Made by a program: the position numbers and the translations under genes
The notes under the pieces: generated by a model
The model's input: only the letters and a program-made list of their open reading frames with translations
Told to the model about the DNA's origin: nothing
Databases searched by the model: none
Assembly: GCA_032128875.1 (NCBI GenBank)
Contig: JAVLKG010000002.1
Coordinates: 256,001 to 320,000, forward strand
DNA from: Candidatus Melainabacteria bacterium 17Bon1m
GTDB lineage: Bacteria > Cyanobacteriota > Vampirovibrionia > Obscuribacterales > Obscuribacteraceae
Length of the DNA stretch: 64,000 nucleotides
Direction: 5' to 3'
Shown here: positions 41,009-50,169 of the stretch, piece after piece
How positions within the stretch are numbered: position 1 is the first letter of the stretch
How the letters are laid out: the number at the start of each line of letters is the position of its first letter

Positions 41009-42100
41009 GTGACTACTGAAAGTTCTATAGCCAACAATCCTGAGCGACTCAGTTATAAATCGCAGCTCGACACGCTGCGGTTGATCGCTGTGATGCTCGT
41101 ATTTCATTTCCATGCCGGTGTATTTTTGCAGCACAACGGCAATCAGTTTCCCTATGGCGCGCTGGGGGTGCAGATTTTCTTTGTATTGTCCGGGTTCTTG
41201 ATCACGCGCATTTTGGAGGCAAATCATACCGGCAATCTCCTGCTTGATTTGAAAACCTTCTACATCCGCCGCTGTTTGCGCATCTTTCCGGCGTACTACC
41301 TTTTGATTACGCTGCTGCTTTTAATCGGACAACTACCTTTTCCGATTTATCAATTTACTTACCTCTTCAACTTGAAGGTTTTCCTCGACAAGGGCTTCAC
41401 CGGTACAGTCGTCCATTTCTGGTCATTGTGCGTTGAAGAGCAGTTCTATCTCTTGTATCCGCTAGCGCTTCTTTTAACTCCCAAGCGCCTGCGAATTTAT
41501 TTGCTGTGCATTCTAATAGTGGCGTCTATGGTGGCGAACGTGATTGCCGGGAAACACTTTTCAGACAGACCTTATTACATGCTTTTGCCTGTATGCGGTC
41601 AGTTTTTGCTCTGGGGCTGCTTGGCTGGGCACGTCCAGTTGCGCGGCTGGGGCACAAAAATCGACGGCGTCTATCTGTTTGTCATCGGTTTGATTTTGCA
41701 GGCGATTGACCAATATTTTGTATTGACGACGAAAAATTTCTCCGACATGAACGACCTTTTCTGGTACCGCCAATATACATTGAGTGCAATCAGCATTGCG
41801 CTCATGGTGTTCGGTCTGTGGGAAACGAAAAACAGTTTTGTGTTGAAAGTGTTCAACTACAGACCATTCGCATACCTTGGCAAAATTAGTTATGGGATTT
41901 ATCTCTATCATCCATTTGCTTTTGTAATCTACATGCTGATCTGTTATTTCCAGCCAGCATTCAAAGCTGTGAACGGGGAGTTGGTCGCGTTTACTGTGAC
42001 CGTTGTCTGGTCTATTCTTTCCTGGCAATTTTTCGAATCACGTGTTTTGACATTGAAAGAACGGTTCGCATACCGTGGGGAGAGCCCCCAAGCAGCGTAA
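41009..42100 (+). CDS. Acyltransferase family 3 (OafA-like O-acyltransferase)
   Basis: LDTLR, GVQIFFVLSGFLIT, FYIRRCLRIFP, HFWSLCVEEQFY, GKISYGIYLYH. Confidence 0.93.
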   Translation: MTTESSIANNPERLSYKSQLDTLRLIAVMLVFHFHAGVFLQHNGNQFPYGALGVQIFFVLSGFLITRILEANHTGNLLLDLKTFYIRRCLRIFPAYYLLITLLLLIGQLPFPIYQFTYLFNLKVFLDKGFTGTVVHFWSLCVEEQFYLLYPLALLLTPKRLRIYLLCILIVASMVANVIAGKHFSDRPYYMLLPVCGQFLLWGCLAGHVQLRGWGTKIDGVYLFVIGLILQAIDQYFVLTTKNFSDMNDLFWYRQYTLSAISIALMVFGLWETKNSFVLKVFNYRPFAYLGKISYGIYLYHPFAFVIYMLICYFQPAFKAVNGELVAFTVTVVWSILSWQFFESRVLTLKERFAYRGESPQAA

Positions 42101-42136
42101 ATAGCGATTCTGTACTGCCTTGGCGCGTTTTCTAAT

Positions 42137-42763
42137 TCACTTTATGAGGCGAGCCAAATAGAAATCATGCTCGTCGACAAATTCCACGAGTTTCATTTCC
42201 AATTCTGTCGCCCATTTTTCGAGCTGATCTTTTTCTGGAAGGAGAAAAGGGACTATTGATGGATCGCTGTCGTGGAGAGCTTTTACAAAACGTTTTCCTA
42301 GAGGATGGCTGATTATTATGCATCCGCCGGGGCGCAGAAACGCTTGCGTTTTTTGAAGTGCCATTTTTTGGTCAAAGAGATTTCCAAAACAGGCATTGAA
42401 GAAAATAGCATCGAATTGCTCTGGTTTTCCAATGATGGTGTCGGCGTCTAAGACGTCTGCCTTGATGAAATGAACCTCCGGATAGCGCTCGCGCGCGACA
42501 TTCAGCATCTCATCGCTGAGGTCAACGCCGGTAATGTTTTTTTCTTTGACACCTAGTGACAAAAAGTGAGTAATGAGAGCGCCAGTTCCCGTCCCTACAT
42601 CCAGGACTTGAGAACTCTCGGATAACTCGGCGCTCTCGGCTATTTTTTGAGTGCGGGCGAGAATTTCGTCAGGAATGGGCTGGATAAAAACCCCTACGCG
42701 CGTGCGGAAATACTCTCTTTGCGCGTCTGCGTGGCTTTCTTTCTTTTCGCCTGGGGCTGCCAA
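42137..42763 (-). CDS. Class I SAM-dependent methyltransferase
   Basis: VLDVGTGTG, GVDLSDEML, LRPGG. Confidence 0.88.
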   Translation of the reverse strand: MAAPGEKKESHADAQREYFRTRVGVFIQPIPDEILARTQKIAESAELSESSQVLDVGTGTGALITHFLSLGVKEKNITGVDLSDEMLNVARERYPEVHFIKADVLDADTIIGKPEQFDAIFFNACFGNLFDQKMALQKTQAFLRPGGCIIISHPLGKRFVKALHDSDPSIVPFLLPEKDQLEKWATELEMKLVEFVDEHDFYLARLIK

Positions 42764-42857
42764 TTTTTACCCTCATTAAAAGCTAGACGCAGATTATAGT
42801 CCCAAATCCGCATACAATATTTGACTTGTGAACTGTATATATTCGATGGGGTACGCC

Positions 42858-44561
42858 ATGCGTCTGGTTGAGTGTGTTCCGAATTTCAGTGATGGTCGCA
42901 ATGAGAAGGTCATCAATGCGATTTCCGATGCCATAAGGAGCGTTCAGGGCATAAGTTTGCTTGACGTCGACCCGGGCTGGAGCACCAACCGTACGGTAAT
43001 AACATTCGTCGGCAGTCCTGAAGTGATCGTTGAAGGCGCATTCCAAGCGATAAAGACAGCGCAAGGTTTGATCGACATGCGCAAGCACAAAGGAGAGCAT
43101 CCGCGCATGGGCGCCACCGATGTTTGTCCTTTCGTTCCTGTCTCCGGCGTCACGATGGAAGAGTGTGTAAAACTTGCCGAGCAGCTTGGTGAGCGTGTTG
43201 GCAAAGAATTGGGCATTCCAGTCTATCTTTATGCGGAAGCCGCGAAGACTGAGGAGCGCAAGAGTTTGGCCGATATTCGCAAAGGCGAATATGAAGCTTT
43301 GCCGGAAAAAATGAAGGACAAGTCCTTCAAGCCCGACTTCGGTCCAGCCGAGTTCAATGCACAATCCGGTGCCACTGTAATTGGTGCCCGCCAGTTTTTG
43401 ATTGCTTACAATGTGAATTTGAATACGCGCTCCAAGAAGTTGGCCAACGATATCGCACTAACCATCCGTGAAGCAGGGAAAGCCAAGCGCGATGCGGAAG
43501 GAAACATCGTCAAAGACAAAGACGGAGTTTCCGTGAAAGTTCCAGGAACGCTGAAAGCCGTGCGTGCAGTCGGCTGGTATGTTGATGAATACAAGCGTGC
43601 ACAGATCTCGATAAACCTGATCGACTATTCTATTTGCTCGCTGCATCAAGCATTTGACGAAGCTGAACGCGTTGCCAATGAAGCGGGGTTGCGCGTCACA
43701 GGCAGTGAAATTGTCGGGCTGGTTCCGCTTGCACCTATGTTGGAAGCCGGGCGGCACTATTTGCGCAAGCAAGGCAGATCGACGGGGGTTTCTGAGCGTG
43801 AGCTGGTTGAAACCGCCGTTCAATCCCTAGGTTTGGCAGAACTTTCTCCATTCGACATCGACAAGAAAATCATTGAATACAATGTGGCGCCGAAGATGAA
43901 AGAGTTGAAAAAACTCTCGCTTAGCGATTTTGTCGATGAGCTAGCGTCCGATTCGGTTGCACCTGGCGGCGGCAGTGCTGCAGCTCTCGCGGGTGCTTTG
44001 TCCGCTTCGCTGTCTGCGATGGTTGGAAATCTTACTTATGAGAAGAAGGGTTTTGAAAAGGCGAAACCTATATTGAATGAACTTGCAGAAAGTGGTCAAA
44101 AGCTGAAGACCGATTTCTTGCGCGACGTCGACAATGACATGAATGCCTACAACAGTATTGTTGAATCGAGGCGCTTGCCCAAAGGCTCTGCGGAGGAAGC
44201 AAAAGCTCGCGACGAGGCAATTCATAAAGCGACAGTGGACGCAACGCTGGTGCCGCTCGGTGTCCTAAAACGCTGTGACGATGCCTTGAATTTGGTTGAG
44301 ACCGCCATCGAGAAAGGTAATCCTAACTCTTTGTCCGATGCCGGGGTCGCTGGACTGATGGCGCTGGCAGCGGCTGAGGGCGCCTACTACAACGTCCTCA
44401 TCAATTTGGCCGGCTTTGACAAACAGCACGCTGACTTCGTCCGCAAGACCGCCAAGGAAGCCGACGGGCTGATTGATGCGGTGCGAAAGAAGAGCAGCAA
44501 AGCTGCAAACAAGGTCCAAGACCAACTCATGAAAGAATTCCAACAAGCTGTCGCTAAATAG
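42858..44561 (+). CDS. ftcd: Bifunctional glutamate formimidoyltransferase / formimidoyl-THF cyclodeaminase
   Basis: MRLVECVPNFSDGR, HKGEHPRMGATDVCPF, GARQFLIAYN; C-terminal APGGGSAAAL, NPNSLSDAGV. Confidence 0.94.
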   Translation: MRLVECVPNFSDGRNEKVINAISDAIRSVQGISLLDVDPGWSTNRTVITFVGSPEVIVEGAFQAIKTAQGLIDMRKHKGEHPRMGATDVCPFVPVSGVTMEECVKLAEQLGERVGKELGIPVYLYAEAAKTEERKSLADIRKGEYEALPEKMKDKSFKPDFGPAEFNAQSGATVIGARQFLIAYNVNLNTRSKKLANDIALTIREAGKAKRDAEGNIVKDKDGVSVKVPGTLKAVRAVGWYVDEYKRAQISINLIDYSICSLHQAFDEAERVANEAGLRVTGSEIVGLVPLAPMLEAGRHYLRKQGRSTGVSERELVETAVQSLGLAELSPFDIDKKIIEYNVAPKMKELKKLSLSDFVDELASDSVAPGGGSAAALAGALSASLSAMVGNLTYEKKGFEKAKPILNELAESGQKLKTDFLRDVDNDMNAYNSIVESRRLPKGSAEEAKARDEAIHKATVDATLVPLGVLKRCDDALNLVETAIEKGNPNSLSDAGVAGLMALAAAEGAYYNVLINLAGFDKQHADFVRKTAKEADGLIDAVRKKSSKAANKVQDQLMKEFQQAVAK

Positions 44562-44702
44562 GGACCGCAACTGCGCTTGGATGCGCCTGGGGCATCACAG
44601 TACAGGGTGGTCAAGAGCCTCAAAATGCGGATAAACAATGCAAATTTGCGCCGCTAGTGCCTATAATATTGGCTCTACTCCGGCAGCTAAGGTGTAAATC
44701 TA

Positions 44703-46016
44703 ATGGGGAAAGTCAAGCAAAAGGGCGACTCGAAAGAGACCGACGACAAGAAGGATAAGCTCAAGAACGAGTGGGAAACCGAAGATTTCTTGATGGCGCA
44801 AAAGCGGATACACCGTGCGGCGCAGTCCCTGAAGCTTGATGAAAGTACCATCGGACCGCTTATGCAGCCAAAGCGTGCTCTGTCGGTTGTAATACCTTGC
44901 CGCATGGATGATGGATCCGTTCAATCTTTCCAGGGCTATCGCGTCCATCATGACCTGGCTCTGGGACCCGGTAAAGGCGGCGTTCGCTTCCATTCTTATG
45001 TCAATCTGGGTGAGATTGCCGCGATGGCGATGCTCATGACCTGGAAGTGCTCTTTGATGAACTTGCCGTTTGGCGGCGCCCATGGCGGTATTCGCCTTGA
45101 TCCTCACTCTATGAGCACCGGCGAGTTGGAGCGTGTCACGAGAAGATATACATCGGAAATCATCGATATCATCGGACCTGATGCCGACATCATGGGACCG
45201 GACATCAACACAAGCGAACAAACAATGGCTTGGATGATGGACACATACAGCGTCAACGTCGGTCACACCGTGCCGTCCATTATTACAGGTAAGCCCAAGT
45301 CGATCGGTGGATCGCTGGGGATGCTGGAAGCAACAGGATATGGCGTTTCGCTTTGCACACAAAAACTTTTGAAAGAAATTGGCTTCAATAAGAACGAGCC
45401 GACAGTGGTCATTCAGGGACTGGGTCGCGCTGGATCCGGCACTGCAAGAAACTTGATCAAAGCTGGCTTCAAAATTGTTGGCGTGTCTGAAACTTCAGGC
45501 GGTGTCTACAATCCGAAGGGGCTCGATGTGGAAGCTGTAAAGGCTCACTACAGAGAACACCGCAATATGGAAAATTACCCGGATGGCAAATACATCCCGG
45601 TAGATGAAGTGGTAGAACTCGATTGCGACATCCTTGTTCTTTGCGCTGTTGCCAATCAAGTGCATGCAGGCAATGTAGACAAGATCAAGGCGAAGGTAGT
45701 TGTTGAAGGTGCAAATGCGCCCACTACGCCGGAAGCCGATGAAGTGTTGGCAAAGCGTGGAGTACACGTGCTGCCGGACATTCTCTCGAACTCAGCTGCA
45801 GTAACCGTAGGTTATTTCGAGTGGGTGCAAGGTTTGATGGGCTTGTTCTGGAACGAGAACGAGGTCTATCAGCGTCTCGAACAACTGGTCGTTCGTGCTT
45901 GCGACAGCGTCTTCGCAACCGCAAAAGAGCATAAGCTCTCTATGCGAGATGCCGCAATGCGTCAAGCTTTGTCGCGTGTTATCGAAGCCCGCAAATTGCG
46001 CGGCTTGTATCCATAA
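44703..46016 (+). CDS. Glu/Leu/Phe/Val dehydrogenase homologue with degenerate active site (possible regulatory subunit)
   Basis: KGGVRFH, MTWKC, VVEGAN, YFEWVQ present, but GGAHGG (not GGAKGG), GLGRAG and NSAAV. Confidence 0.88.
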   Translation: MGKVKQKGDSKETDDKKDKLKNEWETEDFLMAQKRIHRAAQSLKLDESTIGPLMQPKRALSVVIPCRMDDGSVQSFQGYRVHHDLALGPGKGGVRFHSYVNLGEIAAMAMLMTWKCSLMNLPFGGAHGGIRLDPHSMSTGELERVTRRYTSEIIDIIGPDADIMGPDINTSEQTMAWMMDTYSVNVGHTVPSIITGKPKSIGGSLGMLEATGYGVSLCTQKLLKEIGFNKNEPTVVIQGLGRAGSGTARNLIKAGFKIVGVSETSGGVYNPKGLDVEAVKAHYREHRNMENYPDGKYIPVDEVVELDCDILVLCAVANQVHAGNVDKIKAKVVVEGANAPTTPEADEVLAKRGVHVLPDILSNSAAVTVGYFEWVQGLMGLFWNENEVYQRLEQLVVRACDSVFATAKEHKLSMRDAAMRQALSRVIEARKLRGLYP

Positions 46017-46048
46017 AAGCAAGCGCGTGACTGAGCGAGCCTATCTCT

Positions 46049-48514
46049 ATGCATATTGATGCGCAGCGGAAAGACTTGCTCGACAAGCTTCATCAAGCAG
46101 CAGACGATGCGCAGCGGCCGAATTCCAAGCTCGGTTGGAGAGGCGTTGTGGCCACTGTTGCCTTCGCTGCAATATTGCTCGCGTTGATGTATTTTGAATT
46201 CGGCGGCGCGCTAAACAGCTACTTCACGTCGGACGATCTCAACCACGTCACATACGCCTATCGCATGCTGCACGATAACGGTGAGCTGCTTGCCCGTACC
46301 TTCTCGACGGTCTGGATGCAGGATACTTCCGTCGAAATTTTCTATCGCCCGCTCATTGAAGTGAGTTTTGCGGTGGACCAGTATTTTTCAGGTGCGAATC
46401 CGCTTGGTTATCACATCTCGAATTTTCTGTATTCATTCGTTGGCGCGATGGCTGTGCTATCGATCGCAAGAAGTTTGGCAGAGCGTTTCAAAGTTTTGCA
46501 CGTCGAGATAATCGGTTATGTCGCAGCTCTTTTATTTGCTGTGAGCCCGCTTCATACAGAGGTTACGACATGGTTAATCGGCCGCGTCGACGGGCTTTCT
46601 ACGATGTTTTTCTTGCTATCTTTTGCGTTGTTTCTAAAACTGCCACCGCAGGTTAATGCAGTAAAACATTTTGCTGGTTTGGTATCTCTTGTGGCTTTTG
46701 CGCTGGCACTATTGTGCAAAGAAATGGCCGCTTCGCTTCCACTTGTTTTGTTTGCCTGTTCATTTTTCTTGAGCAAAGAGTCGACAAACGCAAAAAAATT
46801 ACGCTGTGCCGCAGTGGAATCTGCTCCCTATTTTGCGGTGTTGGCTGGTTATTTCCTCATTCGCTATTGGGCTACTGGTGCGTTTCTCGGCGGATATGTA
46901 GGTGCAGTAGGGGAGGCGAATGTTCTCTCTCTTGAAACCCTTTGGTTTCGTCTTGTCCATTTTTGGAAGGTTGCTTTTCCATTCAATGAAGAAGTGGTAA
47001 AACGCACGGGTGGATTTGAGGATGCGTTTCGCGTTTTCTATGTCATCTTTGGTATCTATTTGCTGGTGCGGATTCGCTTCGATCGATTTGGCGCCAATCA
47101 ATTGAAATTGATTGGTTTTCTGAGCAGTTGGCTAGTCTTACAACTGCTGCCTCTGTATCAAGTGTTTATGATTCACAATACGCTCGCCGGCTCAAGACTG
47201 TTTTACCTGAGCACTGCTGTTATCTCTATAATCGCAGCCGTAGTGCTCGTTCCTGGTCCTCAGAGCGCGATGAATCCGACACAGAGAAGAGCTCTGAACG
47301 CTTTTGCTGCTGTTCTCTTTGCTTTTCTAAGCGGGCTTTTCATTGTCGTCGGCCGGTTGAACAACGAATGCTGGATAGTTGCAGCAACTCATGTTGAGGA
47401 GTTGCAATCGCAGTTAAACAGCGCGATTGCGACACTTCCGCAGAAGAGGAAGATCCTGCTCGCCTATGCTCCAATTCAGGTGTTGGGCGCTCATATGTTT
47501 AACCGTTACTATCTAATTCAATCTATGTTGTCGCCGCCCTTGTTGACGCCTGATCAGTCTAAACGTGTATGTGTGCTGGAGCCGCGCTTCTACACATATG
47601 ACCACTTCGTTCCTTCGGGACCCCTGAGGAAGAAACTTTCCGATTCAGATAATTTCGAAACTGTCTATTGGGATACTAACACCCTGAGGCTCACCAATTT
47701 ATCCGCTACATCAGGAATTGATTCTTCTTCTTCTTCTTCTTCTTCTTCTTCTTCTGGCACGCTGCCGCAATTGGTTGTTCAGCCTGGCAAATTGCCTGGC
47801 ATGACTGACATTGTGGCGAAACAATATTTCGAGAATCGTGCAGTCAAATTTGTTGACGTTGATTTGAAAAATTCAGAGCCCAAAAGCAACTCTTCTAAGG
47901 ATGTTCTTGTCCTTGCATTTGATGAAAGTCGTCAGCCGCCAAAGGGCATGGATAACTGGTGTCAGGCAGATTACGATCAGCGCTTGAAATTTCAAACAGT
48001 GCGCTTTCCTGTTGATGAAAAATTTGCCTGGTATTTATCCAAAGAAACTCGCGACTTCAAAGTTTATTTGGGAGAAAGGAAAAATCTCAGCATAGTTGCC
48101 GCTCGACTTAATGACGGTAATACGCTCATTCCGAGCCTGGAGGCTTCACTCTTAACGGTACGCGAATGCAACGATGGTGTGCGCCGTCCGATCGAGTTTC
48201 CACTTAGATTTGAATACGATGTTTCCAACGTTCCAGGTGCAGTAAATTGTCTCCTAGAGCTGTCGCGCCCGCGTTCGATGTTCCAGCTGGAGAATTTCAC
48301 TTATCGAGATGTTCGCCCCTCAAAAAAAGCTTTGAAAAGCTGGACACAAGCGGGGACGACAGGCCATGTCGAGATAGGCAGAAACATGTTTCCCGAAGAC
48401 GCCTGTTATCAAATACGAGCTTTTGCGCAGCGCGCCGATGGCAGCGTATGTGGTGTCAGCAGCGATTTTATTGATTTAGGAATTAACGATCGCCCTAAAG
48501 GGCAAGAGCTCTAA
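46049..48514 (+). CDS. GT-C fold membrane glycosyltransferase (PMT/TMTC-like)
   Basis: SDD, FYRPL, HTEVTTWLIGRVD, LLCKE motifs; many TMs plus a soluble C-terminal domain. Confidence 0.75.
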   Translation: MHIDAQRKDLLDKLHQAADDAQRPNSKLGWRGVVATVAFAAILLALMYFEFGGALNSYFTSDDLNHVTYAYRMLHDNGELLARTFSTVWMQDTSVEIFYRPLIEVSFAVDQYFSGANPLGYHISNFLYSFVGAMAVLSIARSLAERFKVLHVEIIGYVAALLFAVSPLHTEVTTWLIGRVDGLSTMFFLLSFALFLKLPPQVNAVKHFAGLVSLVAFALALLCKEMAASLPLVLFACSFFLSKESTNAKKLRCAAVESAPYFAVLAGYFLIRYWATGAFLGGYVGAVGEANVLSLETLWFRLVHFWKVAFPFNEEVVKRTGGFEDAFRVFYVIFGIYLLVRIRFDRFGANQLKLIGFLSSWLVLQLLPLYQVFMIHNTLAGSRLFYLSTAVISIIAAVVLVPGPQSAMNPTQRRALNAFAAVLFAFLSGLFIVVGRLNNECWIVAATHVEELQSQLNSAIATLPQKRKILLAYAPIQVLGAHMFNRYYLIQSMLSPPLLTPDQSKRVCVLEPRFYTYDHFVPSGPLRKKLSDSDNFETVYWDTNTLRLTNLSATSGIDSSSSSSSSSSSGTLPQLVVQPGKLPGMTDIVAKQYFENRAVKFVDVDLKNSEPKSNSSKDVLVLAFDESRQPPKGMDNWCQADYDQRLKFQTVRFPVDEKFAWYLSKETRDFKVYLGERKNLSIVAARLNDGNTLIPSLEASLLTVRECNDGVRRPIEFPLRFEYDVSNVPGAVNCLLELSRPRSMFQLENFTYRDVRPSKKALKSWTQAGTTGHVEIGRNMFPEDACYQIRAFAQRADGSVCGVSSDFIDLGINDRPKGQEL
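47723..47755 (+). repeat. Perfect (TCT)11 microsatellite encoding poly-Ser
   Basis: 33 nt of uninterrupted TCT, in frame. Confidence 0.95.
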
Positions 48515-48528
48515 GACCCGCAATCTGG

Positions 48529-49119
48529 CTAACGAGGCGGACCTTGCATGTAAGAGCCGGGAGGCGCAACTTCCACAGGCGGCAGTACGGCGACGAGTAA
48601 GTCTCCGTCCGGTGAGCAAGAAAGCTTTGAGCGCTGCGGAAATCCAGGAAATTGGATATTCTGCGGATTGGATATAAGTGCTTGTTCTATAGCACTCTTG
48701 ATGCTCGCTAATTGCTGCGCATCTTCCGATTGTGATGTGCTCTTGGGTTTGCCTATTGCTTCCAGTATGAAGTCGAGTGCGCGGCGTGCCGCAAGGGCTC
48801 TGCCTTCATCATATGCATCGCCCATCCTGATAGCCATGGACTGACCGACAATTTTGCCGCCGGCCACAGTCACTGTAATTCCGGTAGCAAAGCCCGGACA
48901 GCGTGTTTCCTCATCGGGGGTGAGAGGGAAAGCGAACCTGTAATTTGTCTGTGCTCCACGCGCTTCCTGCGTTCTAAACTTCAGTTTGGCTGAGGTCTTC
49001 GCACGAAAAGCAGAAATCTGTTCGCCGATTTTCGCATCGCAGGGGTGCTGGCTGCCAAAGAAAATCGCAAAGGGCAATACTGTCGAAAGCGTTGTACGCG
49101 AGAATTTTGTTGCTTTCAT
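48529..49119 (-). CDS. Secreted hypothetical protein
   Basis: 196 aa ORF with signal-peptide-like N-terminus, closely follows the upstream gene. Confidence 0.65.
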   Translation of the reverse strand: MKATKFSRTTLSTVLPFAIFFGSQHPCDAKIGEQISAFRAKTSAKLKFRTQEARGAQTNYRFAFPLTPDEETRCPGFATGITVTVAGGKIVGQSMAIRMGDAYDEGRALAARRALDFILEAIGKPKSTSQSEDAQQLASIKSAIEQALISNPQNIQFPGFPQRSKLSCSPDGDLLVAVLPPVEVAPPGSYMQGPPR

Positions 49120-49145
49120 GATTCAGCTGAGGCCTGATGTCCGGA

Positions 49146-50075
49146 TTATATGCCGGCTGGTTCTAATCGAAGAGCTTCATGGACTTCTAGTTTAGATACG
49201 TAGGTGTCGATGTCGTTCCCCTTCAAGATACCCTGTTCGGTGACAACTCCGCTAATGTGGGTGAATGGAATCAATTCGAAGTGGCGATTGAGCACTCTGA
49301 CGCCTTTTGGAAAATCATTCCACACTTCTTCTGACGGGCGCTCGTGGCGTTCGAATTCGAAGAGACGCTCGTCAGTGACGAATTTTTCAGTTCCTGCCAG
49401 AGCATAGAGCGGAATGCCCAACTCTTTGCACGCGATTGCCAGAAGCCAGGAGCCGGCTTTGTTTACGACGCCGGGACGACCGACGCAATCTACTCCCATG
49501 AAGGCTGCTGCGCAGGTGGGCAAGAGTAGACCCATTGCGTTGTCGAATGTGTGCATTACTTCGATTCCACCTTTGGCGAGGCGGCTCGCTAGCTTATTGC
49601 CTTCGAATGCTGGTCTGGCTTCTGTGCAGGCGACGCGGAAAAAGCGTCCTTTTGCACGGGCGTTGAGCAAGCAGCTCACTACGGTTGAGCTGAATGAATA
49701 GGCGAAAACAACCTCTCCCGGCGGGATAAGGTCGAAAACTTTATCAGCAATGACGTTGGCTGATTCGCAAAGCTGCTTCTCGAAATTAGTTAACGCTTCG
49801 TCGCAGCGGGTTCTGATTTCGGCAGTCGTCTCAGCCGAGCGAACCGCAAGCAAGACTGAATTGCCCAGATGGAAAACAGGCGCCATTGCCGGCTGGGCGT
49901 CGATGAGGGCGAGCGTAAGCTCGGTCAGGACATTCTTGAGCTTGACCGGGTCTTCTTCTGTTGGGAGCACATTCTGGTAAATGGTGATTGCTCTAAGAGC
50001 AACTTCAGCTGCTCCTGACAACAGATCGTCTCTGACCGGCTGCACCAATTGGCTTATTTGCGTGGTTTTATCCAT
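49146..50075 (-). CDS. eIF-2B alpha/beta/delta family protein (R15Pi/MtnA-related)
   Basis: SGA, AQPAMA, YSFSSTV, EARPAFEG, GVD, VNKAGS, EKF, FELIP, VTEQG; GGAG SD. Confidence 0.88.
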   Translation of the reverse strand: MDKTTQISQLVQPVRDDLLSGAAEVALRAITIYQNVLPTEEDPVKLKNVLTELTLALIDAQPAMAPVFHLGNSVLLAVRSAETTAEIRTRCDEALTNFEKQLCESANVIADKVFDLIPPGEVVFAYSFSSTVVSCLLNARAKGRFFRVACTEARPAFEGNKLASRLAKGGIEVMHTFDNAMGLLLPTCAAAFMGVDCVGRPGVVNKAGSWLLAIACKELGIPLYALAGTEKFVTDERLFEFERHERPSEEVWNDFPKGVRVLNRHFELIPFTHISGVVTEQGILKGNDIDTYVSKLEVHEALRLEPAGI

Positions 50076-50169
50076 GCTTACTCCCTGTCCATATATCCAA
50101 GTGCCCCGCGCGGGAGCTCGCCACCAGTCTATAAGCTTTTCAACCTTATCTAATTAAAGCCGGCGGTAT

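Noticed and set aside
40830-42100. Genomic island inserted at tRNA-Ser or tRNA-Pro
   Set aside because: No integrase and no duplicated tRNA 3' end seen in the window
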